Source: Eledone cirrhosa
Taxonomy: Eukaryota
Assembly (NCBI GenBank): GCA_964016885.1
Contig: OZ024743.1
Location: 203,794,001-203,858,000, forward strand
Length of the DNA: 64,000 nucleotides
Direction of reading: 5' to 3'
Shown here: in pieces, positions 26,849-42,280 of the stretch
How positions within the stretch are numbered: the stretch's first letter is position 1
Layout: each line of letters starts with the position of its first letter
Translations under genes and position numbers: made by a program
The notes under the pieces: model-generated
The model's database searches: none
Told to the model about the DNA's origin: nothing
Seen by the model: the letters and a program-made list of their open reading frames with translations, nothing else

Positions 26849-27320
26849 TATGTCACTATCTAATTTGTATTAACTTTTTTTATTTCATTTACGTTTACCT
26901 ACACATATTTGTGTGTTGTATTCGTTTATTGCAATTTTCCTGTTCCATATCGGTATGTAGATATTTCTTCATGTTTATTTGTCCAACGTCCTTTGTGTTT
27001 TCATCCCGAATAGATATCTTCCTTCAGATACTATGGATGCACTGGTGGTGAATATTCCTGTCTTTGGTATTATCCGAAATCCGAATGATCCGCAGAGCAG
27101 GAATCGTTTTCTGTGAATTTCGGTGATTTGAAATTCGAGAATGTGGGAATCACAAACACGGAAAATACCTCTAGAGGACCAGCCATCGCTATGGATAATC
27201 GAGCTCCTTATCACTCGAGATTTGTCTGCAATTTCTGCAAAATAACAGTGATATTCTACCATATCTGCCAATTTTCTAGACTTCATAGGTTATAAGTTAG
27301 TGGCAAATATATCAGCTTAC

Positions 27321-27456
27321 CTGCAAATGATACCAAGTGTCTTAGATAAGACGGTAAAATTAGATGAATTTTCAAAGTAAGTGATGCAACCGATATAGTC
27401 TTTCTCCGCTTGAACCTCACACCCATAGCTTGTTGGCGTACACAGCAATGCAGTAA
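27321..27456 (-). CDS. Gene A coding exon 2 (end of signal peptide, first three mature Cys)
   Basis: Acceptor tttgtattccag, donor gtaagc, 136 nt (same as gene B exon 63001-63136). Translates VTALLCTPTSYGCEVQAEKDYIGC...GIIC. Confidence 0.88.
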
Positions 27457-29640
27457 CTGGAATACAAAAATGTTTAAACAATTACACAAATTATTTATTA
27501 TATCTCGTATTTCTGTATATACAGGATGTCTCCAAAAAATGTATACATGCTTTGATTCTCTGTAGAGTGTATATAATAAGAACAAAGTGGAGATGTTACA
27601 TATGAGACTCATTGTTCAACCCGACTACAAATGTTTCTCAGGCAGCCGGCTCGTAATATAAATATTATATGAAGGCGCTTCGCTGACCGGGCGATGCGTT
27701 ATGTCCTTGTTGAGCAAGACACTTTATTTCACGTTGTTCCTTCTGCGTGGAGTTGCGACCGACAAATAGTATTAGCAATTGGAAAGACCAATGGAAACAT
27801 TGTTTACTCGGTCCGATTTAACGATCTCCACTCCACTCGTTAAGTGAATGAGGATCTTGTCGATCGACTATCGATATATATTATTTATGTTGAGTGGAAG
27901 TTCTTTTATAAGGTGGTGTTTAGACACACTAAACATGCAATTAATAAAGTACCTATACTACCCTGATTGTTCACTTGCTTGCTTTTTCTTACGAACAAGT
28001 CATTCTCATACAAAGTAAAGTCTTAAATGCTTCGTGAAATAGAACGACATATATTTATTCATGATTAACAGGGTTTTTTTTGTGTGTGTTTAAACCTTGT
28101 GATTTTCCCATAGCTTGTAAAGCATTGAGAAGAAGCTAGAGGGAAAACGTTTCAGAGAAAAAAGTAACATAAGATAAGGAGAAAAATGTTGGAAAAGAGA
28201 GGATGAAAAAGAAAATAAATAAAAGAAAGAACCAGTTGCAGAAAGAAAAGAAAGATTGGTGAGAGAAGATTCGCAGTTAAATGAAGAGAGATACGTGTTT
28301 CTTGGGGAAAAAACACAGTGGAATTCATGGCGTAAATAGTTATTTCAAAAGGATTTGGCTTTGAAAATGCTTTTATATGTAGAATCTGGCTGGCATTTAA
28401 TAAGCGAAAGCGACACATTGAAGGTGACGTGGTAGATACCCAGATAAACATGTGGTCATTGTTTGATTGAGTTGAATTTAAATGAAAGTAGGTTAAAGTA
28501 TGGGATTGAATAGGGTTTCGTACAGAACTTCTAGTAACACAAACGACGTTATTTTTAAATTGATAAGTTATTAATTAAAAATTATTATTATACATTACTG
28601 TGACAAAAACTGTATTACGGTAGTGGTATGAAGGCTAAATCGGCCACTAATTACTTATGGAGACGTAGTGGCCCCGTTTTCTTGAGTAGTATAGTATTTG
28701 AACTCGGATACAGAGGAGCACAATATCTGACGTTCTAACGACTCTGCGAGTTCTCCGCCTATGGAGTATAAGAATAATTGCTTCTACTTTTGGAGCAAGG
28801 CCAGCATTTTGAAGGGAAGGAACACTCCTATTAATTTGTACCCCAGTACGTTACTGGTACTTTATTTTATCGACCACGTAAGGATGAACGTCAAAGCTAA
28901 CTTCGACGGGATTCCAACGCAGTACGTAAAGATATGTAACTATATGTTACGAGGCATGGTGTCCGATGCTCTGCCAATCCACCACCCTAGAGAATATAAG
29001 AAGAATTGTTTCTACATTTGGCACAAGGCCAACAATTTGTAGGGAAGGGGAAAAGTCGACTAAATCGACTCCAGTGCGTTACTGGTACTTTATTTTATCG
29101 ACCCCGTAAGGATGAAAGGCAAAGCTAATCTCGGTGGGATTTTAAGTTAGAACGTAAAGGGTCATAACTAAATACTGCAAAACATTTTGTCCGACGCTGT
29201 ACCGATTCTGCCAATCCTCCGCCCTAGGGAATGTAAAAATAATAGGAAATGCACTAATTCTTGGGGTTGAGAGGTGTAAGAGATAAATACTTGAACACTT
29301 AACTTATCTCTACAAGCTGTAATCTGAATGTATATTCATATGAATACTTAGGCATACGTAAAAGATGTCTGTCTGCGAAGTCGTGTGGTGTAGTGAATAG
29401 ATATATTTCTGAAAGGAAATCATAATCAACCCTTGGTGGCCATCTTTATTTTTATTTTTATAATGACAGGTTGAATGAGTTGGGGTCCAGAACCCAATGA
29501 AACCTAAGTACCTGTTTATGTCACTGTTGTAATTATTTATACTAAACTCGTCCTATGGACTTAGTGCTCTTACTCTTGGATATTTCTACCAAACTTTTAC
29601 TGCAGTGTATATATATATATATTTATATATATACATACAC

Positions 29641-29681
<41 letters not shown>

Positions 29682-29855
29682 CTCCCCCTCCCCGACACAC
29701 ACACATATAGTGTATGTATGTATATATATATAAATATATATATATATACTGCAGTAAAAGCATGTGTGTGTGTGTGTGTGTGCACCACCCCTCACCCCCT
29801 CACATACACACACACATATAGTGTATGTATATATATACACAACAGTAAAAGCATA

Positions 29856-29924
<69 letters not shown>

Positions 29925-29927
<3 letters not shown>

Positions 29928-30430
29928 GAGATAATGGCTGCATCTCGATTTCAAGAATTGCCACCTCACATACATAAGTGGCACGAACATGACACTTTAT
30001 CCCTGCCAAGGATTTAAATTCCCTTCTGAATATACTGCAGTGATGTGATGAACATTACTTTCTCTTTGGTTCACTGTTTTGTTTTGGTGAATTTTCAAAT
30101 GACTTTGGGGTCCAGCGGCCGAGGCATATTGTTTTCCACACTTCCGACAGGAAGAAATACCAAAGAGACCATAATCGGCAACATTTTGTACATGGCTTCT
30201 ATGATGACTTCTAAGACCATTTACACTCAAGTCTTCACATCTCGGTCGTCTCTCCTCCTCTCATCCCCTATGTTGTGTTCAACTACCAAGAATCGCACTA
30301 CCATTCATTACGCTCAGGCCTTCCTCCCCAGAAAGCTGATCCTCTGGAATTCTCACTCTGCAACATGCCTTTCCTGCTATAGTCGACCTACACCAATTTA
30401 AACTGAATATCAACATCAGTCAAATCCACA
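29925..30430. mobile_element. Adjacent LINE 3'-end remnants (RTE-like C2H2 end on minus; CR1/Jockey-like end on plus)
   Basis: CRKCGKQYASAAGPQSHLKIH on minus and AFLPRKLILWNS on plus. Confidence 0.5.
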
Positions 30431-32646
30431 TGTCTAATTGAGCCAGCAAATAAAATAAAAACAACATACTAACACACACATGTTCATTTTCGAAATTACT
30501 ACACTGATTCATAGTCCCCTTAACTATCGTTATACTTTTAAACCCAACAAAGCCCCATACATTCCACATGTACCATTCCATTCTAAATACCATCGACTCA
30601 AACAAAGCTTTTAACTCTATTCCTCACTATATATTTACATAGTACTGGACTTCCTTATCAGTTAAATTAGCTAATTTGGGGCCACGCACCGTCGGGAGAC
30701 TCATTATATTTTTATTTTATCATCAGTTTTTATTCTTTAACACTAAATCATATAAATGTTATATACATATATTATTTATTATTCATTATTAAAATAATTG
30801 TTTATACTATTGGCACAATGCCAGCAATTAACCAGTACATTATTGGTACTTTATTTAATCGACCCCGTAAGGATGAAAGGCAAAGTTAACCTCGGCGGGA
30901 TTTGAACTCAGAATGGCAAGGGCCGTAACTCTATGCGTCAAAGCATGGCGTCCGACCCTCTACTGATACTGCCAATTTATAATATAAATGATAATCATGT
31001 CTAATTATTTTTAATTTTTTATCCGAATTGTTTTAGAGAAGGGCCTCAAATTTTATATAGCTTAGGATTTCAGCAGGTGAAAGTCCGGCCCTGTATTTAA
31101 ACACAAAATACTCAACACCTCCTTAAGAAAGCAACAACACATACCGCTGGCTATCACATTTTATGACAGGTCATCAAGCCTATGTAGTGAAAACAATTAA
31201 TACATCCAAAACTTGTTATATTCTTTCTCTAATTTTATTTATCCCCCACTACTTTCAATCTTTCTACTTCTCCAAACATACACACAGCGTCATACGCAAT
31301 TGAGATTAATCTTAAATCCCCTCATTATAAAATATAGTACCAGTAATGTACTGGGTAATTGCTGGCCTTGTGCCTAAAGTAGAAACAATTATTATCCAAA
31401 CCCTAAGGGCCGTGGATTGACAGTATCGGTAGAGCGTCAGACACAATGCTTTGCAGCATAGAGTTATGTCCCTTTACGTTTTGAGTTCAAAACCCGCTGA
31501 GGTCCACTTTGCCTTTCATCCTTATGGGGTCGATAAAATAAAGTACTAGTAATGTACTGTTGTAATTGCTGGCTTTGTGCCAAAAGTAGAAACAATTATA
31601 ATCCAAACCCTATAATCAACGACTTATTAATCTGATGCTACAAAATTAAACTTATAGTAGCATCTATGATGCAGACAACATCGGAGAACACCAAGAACAA
31701 CCAGCCAACACGCTGAACAGACAGCAAAATAAAAGTATACAGTTGATCAATCATGACAGGATAAACCACAATATGCAACAACAATCAGAAACGGGTGTTT
31801 TACGCTTTACACTTATAATAGATTGAATACAGAGCGATAGCCTCTATGTTGCGACTCGACCTACAATATATAGTACAGAAATCTCTCTTAAATCACCCCC
31901 AGCCTATATACATCTAAACACAGAAAATGCGAACCTAAATATTCTTAGTAGTGGTCAACCAAGGCGGGATGATCACTACTAGTATGCCTTTAATCAATAG
32001 TTGGTTCAATCGGGTTTCACCTGGGGTTAAACAACAACCAACTACACAACAAAACAAGCGTAGCAAAAATGAAAGCTTGCCTGGATATGAGAGAGGTTTA
32101 TTTTATTACTATCAATGTCAAGACCACTAAATGAAACAACCATTCCATACACTCTGATACGTTTACAAAACTCTAGACTACTATAACAATCTCCCATAAA
32201 CATCTCTCTTTCTCAGCCTAGACAAACATAAAAATATATACGCATAGAAATAGCTGCAGCATCAACAAACTTCACTACCCACCAAATGCAAAAATCATTA
32301 ATTTATTCAACGCATCTACCTCGCTATCTACTTGGGTAACGCTTTCTCCACTCTGTCCGCTGCTGAGACCAGTAGGCGGGTTTCTCCTAGGATTTTGCAC
32401 GCCAGATAGCGTTCTCCCACATTGTCTGTGTTTGTATCGTTTTGGGTAGCGATGGTAGATATACTTCGCAACCCAATGAAACAAACATACACAGATATCA
32501 AACTTTATAGATATCTTTTAAAAGTATATTAGGAAGTAGTACCACTACTAATATTTTCGTAAATAGTATGTTTCGTACAAAAGGTCTAGGGCTAGCATGG
32601 TTAATTAATTGCACATTGGAAACGTGAAGAAACGACTTCAACTTAC

Positions 32647-32680
32647 CGACAAATATGTAGTGGAATATAAGTCCCTTCAT
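32647..32680 (-). CDS. Gene A coding exon 1 (MKGLIFHYIFV, signal peptide start)
   Basis: agaaATG start and consensus donor G|gtaagt. Phase 1 fits exon 2, giving signal peptide MKGLIFHYIFVVTALLCTPTSYG. An upstream acceptor cttcttttggcag at 32721 implies an earlier non-coding exon. Confidence 0.75.
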
Positions 32681-34021
32681 TTCTGATCCAATTTATTTAA
32701 TGAAAAATATCAAAAATGATCTGCCAAAAGAAGAGAAATATGTATATATATATGTGTGTGTGTGTGTGGGGGGGGGGATATAATTTGTGTATATGGCTGT
32801 CCTTTGTTATTTATCGTTAAGACACAAGCATTGTTTTCTTTTTGTTTATATTGAAAAACTAGGAGTGGGACAGGTATGTAGCTGATCAATAAAACCTGTT
32901 TGGCTCTTTCTCTTCTTAGTATGTCATCTACACATTCTGTCGCATATAATACAGAGCTCACACACCTTTCAACGGCTCTGTGTGCACACACCTTTCAACG
33001 GCTGTGTGTGGGATTGTTAATTTTCAAACAATTTGTATTAAACTTTTTTTCTCTTAAGTCTGTAACTGTTGTCGGCAAGGTGTAAACTGTATTATTAGAA
33101 TTGATATTTATATACGTTACATGTTCTCCCAGTTCTCTATATAAATGGTATACACCGATAAAAAGGTTTACAGCGTAACTAAGGCTTTCATTGTGAATTG
33201 GCAGTATCGGTAGAGGGTCGGACGCCATGCTTTGACGTATAGAGTTACGGCCCTTGCCATTCTGATTTCAAATCCCGCCAAGGTTAACTTTGCCTTTCAT
33301 CCTTACGGGGTCGATAAAATAAAGTACCAGTAATGCACTGGGTGATTGCTGGCCTAGTTCCTAACGTAGAAACAATTATTTAACTAGTAGTTGGGTTGGT
33401 AGATTGGCAGTAAAGGGTCGGTGGATTGGCAGTATCGGTAGAGGGTCGGACGCCATGCTTTCCAGCATAATTACGTCCCTTTGCGGTCTGACTTCAAATC
33501 CCGCCGAGGTTAACTTTGCCTTTCATCCTTACGGGGTCGATAAAATAAAGTACCAGTAATGTACAGGGTATTTGATGGCCTTGTGAGAAAAGTAGAAACA
33601 ATTATTTAACTAGTAGTTGTGTGTGAAGGCGCATGGCCCAGTGGCTAAGGATTTGAACTTAAGATCAGGTCGTGGTTTCGATTCCTAGACAGGATGGGGT
33701 GTTGTAGTATTGAGCAAGATGCTCCATTTCACATAGCTATTCCTAATACGATTAGAGACTTATTCTCAAAATACCCAAGACATCTTATATGAAATGCAAC
33801 CTCTTTAGAGGCCAGTTAAACCTATGTATGTGTGAACTGAAGATTTCAGATCTCTTTTCTTTTTTTTTTTTTCATAACTGTGATTTCATACATTTGTATG
33901 GGATTTGTTCATCCTTCTTATGGAGGTAGGAACATTGATTTTGTAATCAGTTCTATTGCTGGTTAACTGTAAATTTTACAATCTCTTAGAATTAATCTGC
34001 CTCACATCATTTGTTTCTTAA

Positions 34022-34231
34022 CCCTTTAATGTTCAAACCGGCCCAAACCGGCCAGAATTCTCTACCTCTTTCTGTTGTAACTGGTCGCTCAAACTGATGT
34101 TAAGGTATTGTTCTCAAAATAAATACTTTCAAAATCTCATAGATTCGATATTATGTGAGATAATTATGCGAGCTAAAGCCTTTACCATGAAAATATAATA
34201 GTATATATAGAGTAATGTGAATACTAAAGGG
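34022..34231. mobile_element. piggyBac-type MITE
   Basis: TTAA duplication (34018-34021, 34232-34235) and ccctttaat/actaaaggg termini. Empty TTAA site in the paralogous segment at 47711-47714. Confidence 0.85.
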
Positions 34232-34347
34232 TTAAACTGATAACATTAACAACAAATGCAACACAAACTACATTTATGGCACGCAACCATAATAACATGG
34301 TTCAGGGGAGACAACTAAGAGACGATAACAAGCCGGGGAAACCCCTT

Positions 34348-34354
34348 CTTTATA
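34348..34354 (-). promoter_or_regulatory. Candidate TATA box (TATAAAG) for gene A
   Basis: Lies in a locally GC-richer, non-repeat patch 1.6 kb upstream of the first coding exon. Position evidence only. Confidence 0.3.
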
Positions 34355-34754
34355 CTGACTGCCGGGACCGCGGTGCTGCAAGCGTGTGTGCCTACATTTG
34401 CTTATAATAGTGAGAGATGGAGAGAGCGGGAGAGACAGAGGCAGTGACAGTGGGAGTTTGGTTCCATCGTGTTCGGACCAGATGTATATATACATAAACT
34501 GAATACAAGCGAAATGCTTTCGAAATAAAAAAAAATTACTCGTCTTCATCTGCACAGAAAACTTGCAATTTATGGAAAAAGATAAGTTGATTGTATCGAC
34601 CTCAGTACTTGCGTGATATTTTATTTTATCGATGAGGATGAAAGGTAAAAATCCTAAATAAACGGATTTACCTGGAAATACGTGTATTTGGGTTGTTTGA
34701 ATGTCTATATATGAAAGTTGTGTAAATTTATGTAAGCATTTACGCTGTCTCGCA

Positions 34755-34893
<139 letters not shown>

Positions 34894-35006
34894 TATATCT
34901 ATATCATATATATATATATATTTATATATATATTTATATATATACATACAGATATATCTATATCATATATATATATATATATTTATATATATACAGATAT
35001 ATCTAT

Positions 35007-35055
<49 letters not shown>

Positions 35056-35064
35056 CATATCAGT

Positions 35065-35582
35065 ATATATATAGATATAAACTTGTAGTTCCTGTCTGTT
35101 TGTCTGATTGTCTGTTTCTTTGTTCACTAATTCCTCCTATGGTTTTGGAGATAGACCCTCATAACTATATATATTCTAAAACTACATTTCCTAGGGTACT
35201 TGGATAAGTATATTTCATTTTAATCAAAGGGTTCTCCGAGGGCACAAACCCCCGCTGAAAATGTTTTCCCTTCGATTGATATGAAATTTAAACCATAGGT
35301 AAATAAGATATTATGCCTATTCACAAAAGCTTTTAATTCATATTTTTAAAAAAAATATTTAAGAAACAAAATAAGAATAAGATTTAATAATCTAATATTG
35401 ATTTGATATATTAGAAATATTACAAAAAATAATGTTTTACAATTTTTCATGTATTACATTTTACATTGAGTAATATTGAAATGCAGAGTTTTTCTCCATA
35501 AATTATATCACTGATTTAAAATCAATCATTTTCTTACAAAAGAAATGTGGCGAAACGCAGCAAGACGCGAGTAATTCGGCTA

Positions 35583-35583
<1 letters not shown>
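35065..35583 (+). mobile_element. Non-autonomous Helitron-like element
   Basis: tataaa..tgtctgtttgtctg head and a GC-rich subterminal hairpin remnant, then CTAG|T. Confidence 0.45.
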
Positions 35584-35625
<42 letters not shown>

Positions 35626-35651
35626 TGTAATAAACAACATAAGATAATTAC

Positions 35652-35713
35652 TTCATTTACCAGTGGTTTCTTGAAGGCAGGTATTTATATCTGTCTTCAG
35701 TCGTCAGAATGAA
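35652..35713 (-). ncRNA. Canonical hammerhead motif inside a small fold-back element (arms ~35622-35692 / 35838-35909)
   Basis: Minus strand: ttcatt CTGACGA ctgaagacag..ctgccttcaa GAAA ccactgg TA aatgaa. Confidence 0.78.
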
Positions 35714-36249
35714 TAAATAACATGGTGTTTTTATTAAATATGGATTTGAAAACAAAATTTAGGAAATATGAAAGTGAGGCTGAAAAAACGGCCAAAAAAG
35801 ATTTAGGGGAACAAATATATAGATAAATATCAGAGGTCAGATATAAATATCTGCCTTCAAGAAACCACTGGTAAATGAAATAATTATCTTCTGTTATTTA
35901 TTACATAACCAATAAGCTCTGTAGCCTACATAGAGCGCTCTCTTTTCCTGTACCTTTCCTACGGAAATACTTCATTTATATATATATATATATATATATA
36001 TACGTGTGTGTGTGTGTGTGTGTGTTGCTTTCGAAGACAGCCGATGGGCGGGAAATGTCCTAGCGTTAGTGACTTCCTTGTTTTCACCCACATGTTCTAT
36101 TTTCTATTAATTATATTTCCTGGTTACCACACAGCCCTATTTTTAAATCAACGTTATATATAGTGCATATATGATTAGTTACAAGAGTGACATAATTTTC
36201 TTTGGGTTGTACATGCCAACTCATTCAGCCTATTGCATAATATATATAC

Positions 36250-37190
36250 ATATATTACAGAAGCAAATCATGGAATAGCTTAGATAGGACTAAACATAAG
36301 ATAGGGAAAGCCACTTCATGGTACGACAACCAGAGATACCCGACTGTCATGTTCGTGGTTACCACTGGAGGGAAATTAGCTAAGCAATGTAGAAAGGCTC
36401 ATCTAAAGATTAAAGATGTAGAAAAGCCATGACCTACCATAATATCCCTGATCAGCAAGACAATCCCCTTTAAGAAAACCCACTGTACGAATAAGAAATG
36501 TGTTATATGTAGAATGAACCCTCAAATAAATTGTAAAACTAGAAATGTAGTCTATAGCATAAGATGTACAGAGGGTACTTGCAGAAACATGACAACGACA
36601 TACATAGGTGAAACAACTTGAAGCATAAGGGAGGGTATAGGCCAACACTGGGTGAACTAAAAGGACAAAAAGACGGTTCAGTACTATATGAACACGCCAG
36701 ACAGGAACGTGATGGTAATATAGACAACATAGAAATTAAAATAATATCTAAACATAGAAATGACTCAACAGGTAGACAAATCAGAGAAGCAAGTGAAATA
36801 GAACTATGAAAACCAATGTTGAACAGAAAAAACGAATGGAATAACAAAAACAACTATACCTAAACACACAATACTGACCTAAGGTAAATATAAATAAATA
36901 AATAAATAAATATGTATATACACCAAGTACAATAACAACACACATAAACACACATAAACACACACTAGCAAACAAAGATAGAATACAAAAGCACATAGAC
37001 TCAAACACGAACACTCACACACCAAACAGAAAACACACACGCAAACGAATGCGCAAACAGCGACAGAAACAAGAATACATAAATTAATTAATTAAATAAA
37101 AATGACGTAGACATTACAATACAACGGGAGGAAACATAATAGTACCACTGATGATGTCACAGTAGTGTGACGAAAGAACTTTCATAGACT
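36250..37190 (+). mobile_element. Degraded Penelope-like 3' fragment (GIY-YIG) with a decayed hammerhead at ~37148-37180
   Basis: Remnants NVVYSIRC..C..TYIGET and S.LYEH..RQIREA; CTGATGA-tgtcac..gtgac-GAAA. Confidence 0.65.
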
Positions 37191-37386
37191 ATATATATAT
37201 ATATTCATATCTGTATTTTTAACCGTTGGTCAATCAATGATAAACATTGATTGCCAGACCAATTAACTATGGAGATATAAAAGATACAGAAGCGAAAACC
37301 AAGCCAAATCAAACAGTGAGTGTGTTTTGTTATTATTTCTGGCAATATTATAACAATATGACTCTCCCAAAATATAACTATATATA

Positions 37387-38250
37387 TGGAAGGAAAGAGA
37401 TATTTATTTAATAATGTCTGATATAAAATAATACAACCAGCTATCCACGAAATACTGATTAGTTAGCACCCCAAACACTAAATTGGGATAATGCTTAGGT
37501 ATATGCTATGTTTGTTGAGTGAGATGGAGTTGGTCGGAGTATCACTTAAGGCTTTCTCTGTTTATGTATTGAATATATACTCTTGGTGGCCTGATATGAT
37601 TTCCAGATATAAGGTATGACTCTCTTTATTATTATTATTTTTTATATGAAATACTGATTGATCTTCCTTGTATCCCATGTCTGATTTACCCTTAGAGAAT
37701 GGCTATGTGTGTATATGGGTGATCCATACATGTATTTATTATGTTTTAATATCTGTGTGTGCATTGGTTGTGTATACATATAGTTATTCTTTTAATATCC
37801 AATTGAGTTCTTATACACATAGTTAATACCTAACAGGTTTAAATGACCAGCGTGTATATTGTTTTATTTTAAGATGACCACCCTTTACCCTTTTGGGGAC
37901 AGCGTGTATTTTATCTTTGGGAGAACTGCTGGATATTCTAATCTACCAGTCTCTTCTTGTGTATAAAACTTGTGTATAAAACTATGGATTATATACAAGT
38001 TTCTACATAACCTGGAAATTAATTATCCCAAATTGTAGAAATCTTATAACGAAACGGCCGTCTGGAAGGAAAGAGATATTTATTTAATAAGGTCTCATAT
38101 AAAATAATACAACCAGCTATCCACGAAATAAGGATTAGTTAGCACCCCAAACACTAAATTGGGATAATATTTAGGTATATCCTAATAATATTTGTTGAGT
38201 GAGATGGAGTTGGTCGGAGTATCGCTTAAAGCTTTCTCTGTTTATGTATT
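37387..38250 (+). mobile_element. 676-bp unit plus ~185-bp terminal direct repeat, non-coding
   Basis: 37387-37570 is repeated at 38063-38250. (TA)n on both sides. Confidence 0.7.
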
Positions 38251-38255
38251 GTATG

Positions 38256-38289
<34 letters not shown>

Positions 38290-38292
<3 letters not shown>

Positions 38293-38985
38293 GGATTAAC
38301 AAATAATAGTTAAATGCAGTCCACTTAGGTGAAGTCCAGTTATGGTATTCCAGGTAGTGGATGATATTAACGCTTGGCTTGGTTTGACTCAACAAGGCGT
38401 TTTCATAGTGATGCTGCGGGTATGCTGTAATTCCTATGTTGTAAACACTTGGAGTAATAATAAATCAGGAAAGAAGGTTTACATGGTTTGCTATACAAAA
38501 AAGTTTTTAATCACATAGCTTACATTTGTTTCACTGAGCTGGTATGTCTAGAGATCGCTATCCGCCTAATTTTGCGTCACTCGATCGCCAATACAGAATT
38601 ATAACCAGTCAGATTTTCGGAGCATGCGAGAATGAAGAAAATACACAGGCAAGAAAATAAAAGAAAATATGGAGTAGTTATGGCATTCAATTAGAACAAT
38701 AACAACAACAATTATTACAACAATGCTATCAATAAACTATTTAAGGAGACCCTGACATTACTTAGGTGGGGGGTATATAATGTATCTAATGTTACGGCGT
38801 GAAAACCAGCTGTCATAAGGCAAAAAGTATCGTAGTGTGTATCAATTTTAAATTATAAAGATAAGCTAGTTTTTACAGTCTTTCTCTTCATCTTCAACAG
38901 TATACATGAGTGGGACCACTGTCAAAGCTCAATAGTTGTAGAGTTAATACAGAGGTTAACGAATTAATATACGCATATATCTACG

Positions 38986-39025
<40 letters not shown>

Positions 39026-40141
39026 AATATAAATATATATACACATATATGTGTACATAGACACATACATACACATCAATATACACTCGTACAAAAATAT
39101 ACATACATGCAAAGAGAAAAGCGTGCTAATTGTAATATGGCAAAAAGAAGGTAAAGTAACATTGCAGTAGTGAAATGAGAAAAACTAGGATCTAGGATCA
39201 AATGATTGCAGCAGCTGAGAAGGAGTAAGATTGTTGGTAGATGAGGTATTTACAGACTATTGTGTGGTATAGACTTGTGAAGGAAATAGTATACTTAATG
39301 AATATATTTTTGTGGGTAGTAGGTATCCTAATTTAAAGCTATGTTATGTTGGTTCAATTCACGGAGGTTTGAATCTTATGAATTTAGTGGCTATTCTATG
39401 TCTGCAGAAGATAGATCTTTCTAACTTATTATTAAGTAGCCTTTTAACATTTCTAAGGATATACAATAGCTCAAGATCACACAGCCCGCAATAGGACATA
39501 CCTGTACTATAGGTTTTAGCAGCCGACAACTTCGACCAGTTGATAGTGTAGCTAGCATTGCTGTCCTTCAATTCCCATATTTTTCTGGCGAGGGTGGTAG
39601 AACCCATAAGTGCTCGGTTTTTCATTGAGTGCCTGTGCACATACCATCTTTTCTTAAAAGAACCCGCGGTGGATCCTATGTAATTCCAGGTGGAGTTACC
39701 CGAGATGACAGTGCACATGTACACCAGGCTCGAATCGAGACATCTGTTCGCCAATGGGCACCTATCTGGGAGGTGACAGTTGCAGTTTGAGGCGCTATTT
39801 TGTGCAGCTTTTACATTCCTATTTAGTACCCTGTTATAAGTGGGTTGTGATATATGCCCAATGGGGTTTTGCTGCTGCGCGTTTGTATGCGCTTGTGGTT
39901 GTGATGTTGTGATGAGTTTGTGCTTATGTATAGGTGCAATTGATTTACTTGAGATATTTCTGTGGTTGATCTTGCGTATGTGTGATTCTATGTTAGCTGC
40001 TGTTGAGAAAGAGAGTTTTATAGTAGATCTATTGAGTATTTTGTGATATCTATGCGAGATAGGGAAGTGTTTATCTATTAGTTTAAAGAATATAGAGGGC
40101 AGTCTAGTTTTTATAGAGGAGTTGAATATTGGGTTGAACAC
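38290..40141 (-). mobile_element. 5'-truncated Penelope-like element (open GIY-YIG ORF 39359-40141 + long 3'UTR)
   Basis: CNCHLPDRCPL..CL..LVY..YIGST..FKKRW..H. Same family as 44518-47415. Confidence 0.92.
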
Positions 40142-40184
40142 GCACCAGAGTACTCAATACTTAGGGTAGTAGAGTGGGAAATAG

Positions 40185-41498
<1,314 letters not shown>

Positions 41499-41579
41499 CA
41501 TATAGAGAGAGAAAGTGAGAGAGGGGGGGTGAGAAAGAGAGAGAGAGTGAGTTTGATTCGGAATTACCAGTTTAGTGTA

Positions 41580-42280
41580 GTTTGACCATCTTCAAGAAGG
41601 TTTGAAATATATGCCAGTTTCAGGTTAATGAATTCGAGTCCGTTTATGATGAAATTTTTATTGAAGAGGTTTGGTAGTTGATAAGGGATGAGTCTAGCCA
41701 GTATTTAATCGTTTCCATTACGTAATCGTGTGGTATGTTACTGTATAGGCTCACTACATCCAATGAGACCATGTAAGCAGTTTGGTAGTTGATAAGTGAA
41801 TGAGTCTGGCCAGTATTTAATCGTTTCCATTACGTAATCGTGTGGAATGTTACTGTATAGGCTCACAACATCCAGCGAGACCATGTAAGTATTTTGGCTT
41901 ACATAAACTGGTAGAGGGTTCAGAAAATCTAAATCATCTAATATAAAACTTCGAATGTGTTTGAGGAGAGGTTTAAATAAAAGAAATTGCTTAGACGGTG
42001 TGTTTTGCAAATTGAGTCTGCTATAATAGGATTTAAGTCATGGGGTGTGGGTATATTAACACAATTGTTTTTCCTCAATTTGCATATCTCCTTAATTAAT
42101 TAATGTACTTTCGACAAACCATAGAGATTAGGCGTTTTACCTCTAAAATTAGTGAGATAGTCTAATTCTGTTAACAGTTAGGCAGTTTGATATGGGTATT
42201 GTAAATCAGTGAATTGTTTCATCACATTATGGAGTTTGTAGTCCTTGGCTTCCTCACTTTTATATAAAAACTTATTAGAA
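41580..42280 (-). mobile_element. Penelope-like RT fragment (different subfamily) with an internal ~107-bp tandem duplication
   Basis: MVSLDVVSLYSNIPHD motif. 41670-41775 is repeated at 41780-41888. Confidence 0.75.

Noticed and set aside
26975-27236. Possible extra exon after an acceptor-like ttttgcag near gene A exon 2
   Set aside because: No counterpart in gene B, and exon 2 to exon 3 already joins in phase with conserved Cys spacing.
33192-33606. Regularly repeated ~190-bp units (also 59667-60046) resembling an array or tRNA genes
   Set aside because: Tandem tRNA-derived SINE copies; no unique spacers and no complete cloverleaf.
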